A DNA stretch of 32,000 nucleotides from Edaphobacter aggregans (GTDB lineage: Bacteria > Acidobacteriota > Terriglobia > Terriglobales > Acidobacteriaceae), in contig NZ_RSDW01000001.1 of the NCBI RefSeq assembly GCF_003945235.1, positions 3,450,001 through 3,482,000 of the forward strand, read 5' to 3'. A program made the position numbers and the translations under genes. This document shows, in pieces, positions 25,016 to 32,000 of the stretch. Within the stretch, counting starts at the first letter, position 1; every line of letters starts with the position of its first letter. The notes under the pieces are model-generated. The model did not search any database, was not told the origin of the DNA, and saw nothing but the letters and a program-made list of their open reading frames with translations.

Positions 25016-26020
25016 ATGGACAGAAGCACACCGTTAGCGGTTTCGGAACAGGAATCAGGGTATGGCGAAGGCATGGTCAAGGATAGCAATCAGGAGCTGT
25101 GCCCTATTTGCGGACAGGCTGGCCCCCGCGAGTGGCTACGGGCACCAGATCGTCTGCATGGCCGACAAGAGCAATATACGCTTCTACGCTGCCTGACCTG
25201 TTCGCTCGTATGGCTCAGCAAACCGCCGAAACCAGCAGAAATGCACAGACATTACACCGACGCATATGACAGGCTGATTTCGGCTACCGGCGAGAATTCG
25301 CCGGGACGGTGGCGGGACCGCAACGCCGTGCTGACGCTACACAAGCAGTCAGGAGCGCTTCTCGATCTGGGATGCAGTTCGGGTGCGTTTTTGCAATCTC
25401 TCGGCGGGAAGCATTGGGATCTCTTCGGCATCGAGATGTCTGCAGAATCGGCGAAACAAGCGCAGGAAAAAAGCGGCGCAAGTGTATTCGTAGGAGACAT
25501 TCTCCGCGCCCAATTTCCTCCAGCATCATTTGACGTGATTACGTGCTTCGATGTTTTCGAGCATTTGTATGAGCCGCGTCGGGTGATGGCAAAAGTGGCA
25601 GCTTGGTTGAAGCCGGATGGAATTTTTTATGTTCTGGTGCCCAATGTGGACGCTGCCGAGGCCCGTATATTTGGAAGTTATTGGCATGGACTCGAACTGC
25701 CGCGTCACCTGTTCCATTACTCACAAGAGTCTCTCAAATTCCTCGCCGAGTCATCCGGGTTGTGCCAGGTGTCGCTTGAGACGCGGCGCAATCCAGCTGT
25801 GGGGACCAGCCTGCGTTATGTCTGGGATGATGCTTTTCGTTTTGTAGGCATCCACCGAACCCCCACTGCCTACCGAGGTGAGGCGAGCCTACCATGGAGA
25901 GCAGCGCGGAAAATAGTGCGCTTAACCGCTCTTCGAGCGCTTCTGATGATGGCCCCCATCGTGGGAGGAGGCGAATCCATCCATGCCATCTTCCAAAAAA
26001 AGAAGGTTTTTAGTGAGTGA
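25016..26020 (+). CDS. Class I SAM-dependent methyltransferase with an N-terminal Cys4 zinc-ribbon
   Basis: 'CPICGQAG ... LLRCLTCSLVW' (CxxC...CxxC). SAM motif I 'ALLDLGCSSGAFLQSL', 'DVITCFDVFEHLYEP', 'LKPDGIFYVLVPN'. ATG 25016 (GTG 25001 also possible) lies just after the upstream TAA at 24993-24995. The track start at 24809 would overlap the GT2 by 187 nt. Confidence 0.75.
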   Translation: MDRSTPLAVSEQESGYGEGMVKDSNQELCPICGQAGPREWLRAPDRLHGRQEQYTLLRCLTCSLVWLSKPPKPAEMHRHYTDAYDRLISATGENSPGRWRDRNAVLTLHKQSGALLDLGCSSGAFLQSLGGKHWDLFGIEMSAESAKQAQEKSGASVFVGDILRAQFPPASFDVITCFDVFEHLYEPRRVMAKVAAWLKPDGIFYVLVPNVDAAEARIFGSYWHGLELPRHLFHYSQESLKFLAESSGLCQVSLETRRNPAVGTSLRYVWDDAFRFVGIHRTPTAYRGEASLPWRAARKIVRLTALRALLMMAPIVGGGESIHAIFQKKKVFSE

Positions 26021-26038
26021 ACGACCCATTCATTATAG

Positions 26039-26070
26039 GTGCGGAAGCCCCAAGGGGCACGAGACTTTTT
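26039..26070 (+). terminator. Weak candidate intrinsic terminator after the methyltransferase gene
   Basis: 'GTGCggaaGCCCCaaGGGGCAC' (imperfect stem with a very small loop), then 'gagacTTTTTct'. The T-run is only 5 nt and lies 5 nt from the stem. Confidence 0.3.
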
Positions 26071-26155
26071 CTCCACGGATTTGTTCGAAATCCTTGTACA
26101 AATCTGTAAATTCTCTCCCACTTATAGGGAAAATCCTGGAAGTTAGTGGGTCCTG

Positions 26156-27676
26156 ATGAATCTAATAAGAATCTTCGACCGCGCCAAGGTATTCATCGGC
26201 GTCTTAGTTTCGGGAGACGCGCTCAGAGTCAGAACCATGCGCGGCGGCGCTTGGCTGGGGATGGGAAGCATTGCGGAGCAAGCTGTGAGGTTTGCTCGCA
26301 ATATGCTCCTGGCGCGAATTCTGGCGCCAGGAGCCTTCGGAACTATGGCGATTGTCATTTCTTCTGCATCACTGGTGGATATGCTCACTGATGTCGGCGT
26401 AAGGGCGGCTATCATACAAAATCCTCGGGGAAGCGAGACGGCTTACTTGAATGCATCGTGGTGGATAGGGCTCGGCCGTTCGATCTTTTCTTACTCGATC
26501 ATCTTCGCAATGGCTCCTTGGATCGCCCACTTCTATGATCGTCCAGAATTGTCTGGGTTGCTCCGTGTCGCATTGTTGAGCGTGCTCTTCAATGGCGCCA
26601 TGAGCCCTCGTTCCGCCCTAGCCCAAAGGGAGATGAAATTGGGACGGTGGGCCGCAATTACAAATGGAGGCGGCATCTGTGGCGTAATCCTTACGGTCGC
26701 TCTCAGCTTCTATATGCGTAATGTGTGGGCTCTGGCGATTGGCTATTCTGGCGAGAACGCTTTCCGTCTTCTCTTGTCCTATGTCCTATGTCCTGGCTTG
26801 CCCTTACGGCACTTCGATCGGAACTCTGCTCGAGAACTCCTGATGTTCTCGCGGGGAATATTCGGTTTAGCCCCTCTAAACTTAATTATTTCGCGCGCGG
26901 ATATTTTTGTTCTGGGAAGGTTATATCCTTTGGCCGCCCTCGGACTATATACGATGGCGGTCGCATTGGTCACCACGCCTTCAATCTTCTGTACAAATAT
27001 GCTTGGGCAGACTCTTATGCCCGCTCTATCCACCATTCAGGAGGACGCACATCGCCTCAACCGAGTCCTTTTGGAGGTGACTTCGTGGCTTCTGCTGATA
27101 GGAATGCCGGCCGCAGTCTTCATATTCTTATCTGCACCATCCCTCCTTAGACTTGCGTATGGTGCACGCTACATTGCAGCCGCCGGGCCGTTATCCGTTG
27201 CATCCGTAGTGGTGTTCTTGACTGTGCTAAATTCTGTGCCGACTATTGTGTTGTTCGCCAAGGGCTATCCAGCATTACATCGTCATTCGGTCGTTGTCAG
27301 CGCTGTTGCAATGCTGGTCGTTGTCTATCCGGCCTGCAGAATTCTGGGACCAGTGGGAGGTCAAGTCGCCGCGCTGCTTGCAACCTCGTTTGGATATCTT
27401 ATTCAGCTGATCCTTCTGCGTTCGGTAACCGGCCTGAACCTGTTTCGGTATGGAGCCGCACTTGTACTGCCAACCCTCGGATCTGTGGCAATGTTGATTA
27501 TTGTGCTTGGCGGTCGACGTCTTGGCTTGGTGGTTAGGCCTAGCACCGATATAGCTTTTTGTGCCGCAAGTTGTCTCATCCCTTTTGCACTGTGCGCTGC
27601 AGTTCGTCTGCGCTCTTCAAATAGAGCCCATATCTTGTACGCTTCTAAAGCGACGGAATCGGCAGCGGCACGATAG
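26156..27676 (+). CDS. Wzx-type oligosaccharide flippase (polysaccharide biosynthesis protein, MOP/PST family)
   Basis: 506 aa, ~14 hydrophobic helices. N-terminal 'GAWLGMGSIAEQAVRFARNMLLARILAPGAFGTMAIV' matches the PST-family opening pattern (LaRlL-P-x-x-FG). Confidence 0.75.
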   Translation: MNLIRIFDRAKVFIGVLVSGDALRVRTMRGGAWLGMGSIAEQAVRFARNMLLARILAPGAFGTMAIVISSASLVDMLTDVGVRAAIIQNPRGSETAYLNASWWIGLGRSIFSYSIIFAMAPWIAHFYDRPELSGLLRVALLSVLFNGAMSPRSALAQREMKLGRWAAITNGGGICGVILTVALSFYMRNVWALAIGYSGENAFRLLLSYVLCPGLPLRHFDRNSARELLMFSRGIFGLAPLNLIISRADIFVLGRLYPLAALGLYTMAVALVTTPSIFCTNMLGQTLMPALSTIQEDAHRLNRVLLEVTSWLLLIGMPAAVFIFLSAPSLLRLAYGARYIAAAGPLSVASVVVFLTVLNSVPTIVLFAKGYPALHRHSVVVSAVAMLVVVYPACRILGPVGGQVAALLATSFGYLIQLILLRSVTGLNLFRYGAALVLPTLGSVAMLIIVLGGRRLGLVVRPSTDIAFCAASCLIPFALCAAVRLRSSNRAHILYASKATESAAAR

Positions 27677-28000
27677 TACTCATTCACACAGGAAAGATAA
27701 TCCAGTGAACTCTAATATTTTTGGCGCGTCAAAATTCGAAAGACTAACAAGATCTATCTATATACAATGAGAAATTCATCGATTGAATCTGGTCAAATAA
27801 GTTATCCAGTGAGGAATGGCGAGGTATCGTCGCTTGATATTCTTCAGTACTTGAGAGAAACGGGATGACTGCTCACACATGTCCATCCAATTGTTTGGAA
27901 GCTCGACAGGAACGGAGCTATAAGAACGAACAAAGTGTTCGCGGCTTCTGTGCTCGACTCGATGGCCGATGTTACATCGGGCAGTCACTAGTTAAATCAC

Positions 28001-28024
28001 ATCCCGCATTCTGGGTTGCGGGAT
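28001..28024. other. Perfect 8-bp-stem hairpin / inverted repeat in an AT-rich intergenic gap
   Basis: ATCCCGCA-ttctgggt-TGCGGGAT, read directly. No T-run follows on either strand, so it is not a canonical terminator. It lies 49 nt upstream of ATG 28073, which has an AAGGAG SD. Confidence 0.3.
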
Positions 28025-28072
28025 AAAATAAAGTCTCTCTTCTAACTTGAAGGTACTATCAAGGAGCGAATC

Positions 28073-28786
28073 ATGGTTAGCCTTCTCCGCGAAGCGTGGC
28101 TCCGGTTCGAAGACCCGTTGACACTTTTGCCGCGCACCAGAAACAAGCTCTTCAGTCTTTGGATGCGTACGATTTATCCGTTTGCATCCGCAGGACGTAA
28201 GCTATCTGTGCACTATCCCTGCGCATTACGGAGACCAACTGCGAAATATGTTAGTTTGGGAAACTCCGTGATCATTGGAAAAGATTCCACCCTTTATATT
28301 GTCCAAGATGACGTGAATGAGTTGAAATTAGTAATTGGTGACAACTGTGTCATAGGGGCCCGAAGCACCCTCTCGGCCAGAAACCACATTCACATTGGAC
28401 AGGATGTCATCATGTCAACGTCGGTGCTTATCCAGGATCATCACCACACGCACGAAAGCACCGACCTCCCAATCCGCGATCAGGGTATCACATCCGGTGG
28501 ACGAATTCGAATTGAGCAAGGATGTTGGATCGGTCAGGGCGCCGCAATCCTTTGCAATGAGGGCGAAATAGTGATTGGCCGGAACAGTGTGATTGGGGTG
28601 AACTCTGTAGTAGGCAGAAGTCTTCCTCCGTATTCTGTGGTGGTTGGTAACCCAGGCATAATCGTTAAACGGTCCAATCCGATAAAAGCCTGCGTCGGCG
28701 GCGAAAATACTACGATGATTACTCGGTCTCTGGACGATACACGGAAGGAGTATCAAAACGAAGCCTTGCTGGAGTCGCGCACCTGA
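28073..28786 (+). CDS. Hexapeptide-repeat (LbH) acyl/acetyltransferase, WcaF/LacA/NodL-like
   Basis: 'VIGDNCVIGARSTLSARNHIHIGQDVIMSTSVLIQDHHH', 'IRIEQGCWIGQGAAILCNEGEIVIGRNSVIGVNSVVGRSLPPYSVVVGNPGIIVKR'. Strong SD (AAGGAG). Confidence 0.8.
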   Translation: MVSLLREAWLRFEDPLTLLPRTRNKLFSLWMRTIYPFASAGRKLSVHYPCALRRPTAKYVSLGNSVIIGKDSTLYIVQDDVNELKLVIGDNCVIGARSTLSARNHIHIGQDVIMSTSVLIQDHHHTHESTDLPIRDQGITSGGRIRIEQGCWIGQGAAILCNEGEIVIGRNSVIGVNSVVGRSLPPYSVVVGNPGIIVKRSNPIKACVGGENTTMITRSLDDTRKEYQNEALLESRT

Positions 28787-28968
28787 GTTGGAGATGTGTT
28801 GCGATTATTCCTCATCGATGAGTAGTAAAGTAACGCTGTTGCAAATGAAGGGCAATTTGGTTTCGGCAGAAATACCCCAACCAAAGTTTGTATGTGCGGT
28901 TCAACTCTTCTGGGCAGGCAAATCGCTCAGAGAAAGATATCCTTTTGAAAGTTGAGAATTTAACGCCA

Positions 28969-29214
28969 ATGGACATTCGATCTGAAATCGTTACCCAATT
29001 CACTCAGGTTGCAGAAGAACACACTATGCGACTTGCGCCTTTAGCCGACGATCTGGAACTGCTCAGCTCAGGTCTCGACTCACTTTGTTTCGCGATTGTG
29101 GTAGTTCGGCTTCAAGATGTGCTTGGGATCGACCCCTTTAGCGCGTCTGAAGACGTCCTCTTTCCAGTTACCTTTGGCGAATTCGTCAAATTTTACGAAA
29201 ATGTGGAACGATAA
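28969..29214 (+). CDS. Stand-alone acyl/peptidyl carrier protein (phosphopantetheine-binding)
   Basis: With ATG 28969 the product is 81 aa, with 'LLSSGLDSLCFAIVVVRLQDVLGIDPF'. The DSL serine falls at residue 38, the usual ACP position. The track ORF starts at 28888; TTG 28945 is an alternative. Confidence 0.7.
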   Translation: MDIRSEIVTQFTQVAEEHTMRLAPLADDLELLSSGLDSLCFAIVVVRLQDVLGIDPFSASEDVLFPVTFGEFVKFYENVER

Positions 29215-30078
29215 ATGCAAGTACAGCCTCGAAATGCTATTTGATATAGCAACGTAATTTACCTACACGCCTTCCAGTAGGACTATGAGTGATCTGACTG
29301 GGGGTCGACGCCGCTATAGCCCATGGCGAAGGGGCAGTGAGTAATCTGGCCATCTGTGCAACGGCCAGCCAGTACTCCGAGACAATGGGCTCTGATGAAC
29401 ATGACAACTTCACGGCACGTAGTTTTCTTCTCTCTCCGATTTATCTTGCGAGGCACCTCTCTTTCGATATTGACGCGCATGAGGTGGTTCGTAATTGCGA
29501 CGTAATTCTAAAAAGTGCAAAAATTCGCCTACGGCGATGTGAGCGGACTCTAGATACTCGCCGAGAGTGTGTAATTTACTTGTTAATGTGTGCAACACCC
29601 TGCAATCCCAAGATCGCCTGCGGAGAGGCCCTTGTTAAGAAAGGTCTAATCTCCCCCAAAACCATCAGCAATTCTTGTCGTGTCGATTACCTGCGTTTTG
29701 GCCATCATCGTGCTACGCTCTGTACTTTATAGAGTCACAAAGCGTTCGAAGTCTGAGTCACGGATGAAAACGAGGGCAGTAGCCCACAGGGCGAAGCTAT
29801 GTCTTTCTAGAACGTTACATCGAGAAGAACATGACTGGCGCTGGGGGGCCGCTGGCTGAATCTCCGTGCGCTGGCCAGAGGAACGCAGTCTCGTTCAAAA
29901 AATCTTTTACCCGCCGTCTGGCGACTCGTGTCGATGAGCCTGCCCACATTGACGGCGCTAACTGAAGATCTTGGCTGTCTATTAACTGTGCTTCGTGATC
30001 GTCGCAGCTCGCTTGAGAGGCTGCTTGTTTTTGAAAGGTATTCTCTTCGCTATCACGTTTGTGCGTGTGTGAGATTTT

Positions 30079-31479
30079 ATGACAATGCAGCAAGGTAAAT
30101 GGGCATCGCTTTGGAACGCGCTTAGCGCCGCGGGAGATTTGTCTGGCCGCTTTGTATTTGGCGCGGAAGCAAGTATCGCTTTGAGCGACCTACTTGCCGG
30201 GTCTGCTCTTTATGGTAGAGGTGATGAACTGGGTGGTCGATCCGTTCTTGTTACGACAACGAACCAGTTCACCACGGCCTCGGCACTCATAGAACTGGAC
30301 GGCATCGCGCGCCGTATGGTTCTTTGTCCACCAGATTTACCGGTTGAACATCTACCGTACGTCATCGAATCGGCAAATGTCGATGCAATCGTATCCGACC
30401 GTACGATACTTGGATTGGATATTCACCGCCCCCTATGCTTCTGTCCGTGCACTCGGAAGATTGTGCCCGAAAATTGTAGTCGGAGCGCACAATACCAAAC
30501 GGAATGGATTCTTCTCACCTCTGGTACGACTGGGCTACCGAAACTTGTTGTCCACACATTATCTAGCTTGTCCGGCGCCATTAAGGCCGGCAGTGGTTCA
30601 GCAGAACCGACCGTTTGGAGCACGTTCTACGACATTCGCCGTTACGGCGGTCTCCAGATATTCCTTCGCGCTTTCCTTACTGGGACGTCCTTAGTTCTTT
30701 CGAGTGCGGAGGAGTCAACGGCAGATTTTCTTGCTCGAGCCGGCTCGCACGGAGTCACCCACATTTCCGGAACACCATGCCAGTGGCGCCGGGCGTTGAT
30801 GAGTCCGTCAGCTAATCTTATCCAGCCCAAATATATTCGTTTGTCAGGAGAGATCGCGGATCAGGCAATCCTCAACCATCTGCGATCCTTTTATCCGCAA
30901 GCTCGAATCGCGCACGCTTTCGCCTCAACAGAGGCCGGCGTGGCGTTTGAGGTGAACGATGGTATCGCGGGCTTTCCTGCAAGTGCGATAGAGGACACCC
31001 CCGATGTCGAAATGAAAGTTGAGGATCGTTCGTTGTGGATACGTTCAAATCGCACTGCAAGCCGCTATCTTGGCGACCAACCTCCTATCTTGAAAAACGC
31101 GGATGGATTTGTAGACACCCGCGACCTGATTGAATTGCGAGATGATAGATACTACTTCGTCGGTCGGCAGGATGGAGCGATTAACGTCGGAGGTTTGAAA
31201 GTGTACCCCGAAGAAGTGGAGGCGGTTATCAATCGTCATCCAGAGGTTCAGATGTCGTTAGTACGGACGAAAAGGAATCCGATTACGGGTGCGCTCGTCG
31301 TCGCCGACGTAGTTCTGACGGAACAACAATCTGCCAGTCGTGATATGCGTGCACTCCAGGGTGACATCCTACTGCTCTGCCGCGAAACTCTTTCTTCCCA
31401 TAAAGTTCCGGTCGCAATTAACTTTATTCCCGCGTTGGCGGTCACTGAATCTGGGAAACTCGTGCGCCGCAATGCGTAA
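30079..31479 (+). CDS. AMP-dependent synthetase/ligase (ANL-superfamily adenylating enzyme; acyl- or aminoacyl-carrier-protein ligase)
   Basis: 'WILLTSGTTGLPKLVVHT' (A3), 'AFASTEAGVAF' (A5), 'GFVDTRDLIELRDDRYYFVGRQDGAINVGGLKVYPEEVEAVI' (A7/A8), 'ESGKLVRRN' (A10 Lys). Confidence 0.85.
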   Translation: MTMQQGKWASLWNALSAAGDLSGRFVFGAEASIALSDLLAGSALYGRGDELGGRSVLVTTTNQFTTASALIELDGIARRMVLCPPDLPVEHLPYVIESANVDAIVSDRTILGLDIHRPLCFCPCTRKIVPENCSRSAQYQTEWILLTSGTTGLPKLVVHTLSSLSGAIKAGSGSAEPTVWSTFYDIRRYGGLQIFLRAFLTGTSLVLSSAEESTADFLARAGSHGVTHISGTPCQWRRALMSPSANLIQPKYIRLSGEIADQAILNHLRSFYPQARIAHAFASTEAGVAFEVNDGIAGFPASAIEDTPDVEMKVEDRSLWIRSNRTASRYLGDQPPILKNADGFVDTRDLIELRDDRYYFVGRQDGAINVGGLKVYPEEVEAVINRHPEVQMSLVRTKRNPITGALVVADVVLTEQQSASRDMRALQGDILLLCRETLSSHKVPVAINFIPALAVTESGKLVRRNA

Positions 31480-32000
31480 TGTAATTGTGACAGGCGGAAG
31501 CCGAGGGTTGGGTCTGGGTATTGCCCGTAAATTGACGGAAACTGGATATCGTGTCATTGCAGTTGCGCGCAAACAAAATGATGAACTCGCGGTGGCAATG
31601 CAGGAAGCCGAAAAAGCGAATCCCGGATCGTTTCACTTCGCGCCCTTTGATCTCGCCGAGATCGAAGGCATTCCTGATTTGATCAAGACCTTGCGGAAAG
31701 ACTTCGGTCCGATCTATGGACTGGTTAATAACGCCGGTTTGAGTTTTGATGGAACTCTTGCCCTTATGCCTGTGTCCCAGATTGAACAACTTCTGCGTGT
31801 AAATACGCTGTCGCCAATTGTGTTCACCAAATATATGGTGCGCTCGATGATGGCTGATGGAGGCGGTCGCATCGTCAATATGGCGTCTATCACCGCCTTC
31901 ACAGGCTATAGTGGCCTCTCGGTGTACGGGGCAACAAAGGCATCGATCATTGGTTTTTCCCGATCTATAGCGCGAGAGGTCGGACGCATGGGAGTAAATG
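31472..32000 (+). CDS. Short-chain dehydrogenase/reductase, FabG (3-oxoacyl-ACP reductase)-like; 3' end beyond the window
   Basis: Not in the ORF track because there is no stop in the window. My translation from ATG 31472 (8-nt overlap with the ligase) reads MRNVIVTGGSRGLGLGIARKL...GLVNNAGL...NMASITAF...SVYGATKASIIGFSRSIA. It shows TGxxxGxG, NNAG and the catalytic S...YxxxK. Confidence 0.85.
   Translation, partial: MRNVIVTGGSRGLGLGIARKLTETGYRVIAVARKQNDELAVAMQEAEKANPGSFHFAPFDLAEIEGIPDLIKTLRKDFGPIYGLVNNAGLSFDGTLALMPVSQIEQLLRVNTLSPIVFTKYMVRSMMADGGGRIVNMASITAFTGYSGLSVYGATKASIIGFSRSIAREVGRMGVN

Noticed and set aside
27776-27988. 70-aa minus-strand ORF in the AT-rich gap after the flippase
   Set aside because: It would be the only minus-strand gene in the window. 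It has a GTG start, no SD and no recognisable motif, so it is most likely a chance ORF in AT-rich DNA.
29337-29732. 131-aa plus-strand ORF (Cys/Arg-rich) in the gap between the carrier protein and the ligase
   Set aside because: It has no SD, no recognisable domain and atypical composition, and it is overlapped by equally long minus-strand ORFs. It is left as unexplained sequence rather than called a CDS.

Overview
The window is one co-directional, plus-strand polysaccharide (EPS / capsule / O-antigen-like) biosynthesis locus of about 25 genes. I saw no rRNA, tRNA, CRISPR array, transposase, integrase or phage genes. The core is Wzx/Wzy-type: a stand-alone BY-kinase ATPase, a priming phosphoglycosyl transferase, a Wzy/O-antigen-ligase-like polymerase and a Wzx/PST flippase. 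Around this sit 2 GT4 and 4 GT2 glycosyltransferases plus one large GT-C-like membrane protein. A WbpB/WbpD/WbpE-like triad (oxidoreductase, N-acetyltransferase, aminotransferase) should make a 3-amino/3-acetamido HexNAc precursor. The tailoring set is unusually rich: an AsnB-type amidotransferase, one clear and one possible NodB-like deacetylase, a FemAB-like transferase, a GNAT, a SAM methyltransferase, an LbH acyltransferase and a secreted beta-helix protein. The locus ends with a carrier protein + adenylating ligase + SDR module that runs off the window. Items worth follow-up: (1) the priming transferase carries an N-terminal degenerate GGDEF-like domain that keeps an RxxD I-site at the canonical spacing, making it a candidate c-di-GMP receptor; (2) a perfect (TC)21 microsatellite lies in the leader of the FemAB-like gene; (3) the carrier-protein-dependent acylation module contains an 864-bp stretch with no credible gene; (4) a 691-aa membrane protein anchored at both ends is mostly unrecognisable. 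The gene set resembles PEP-CTERM/exosortase-associated EPS loci, but no exosortase is recognisable here. All family assignments rest on motifs read by eye from the ORF translations. No searches were run, and the taxon cannot be determined from the sequence alone.
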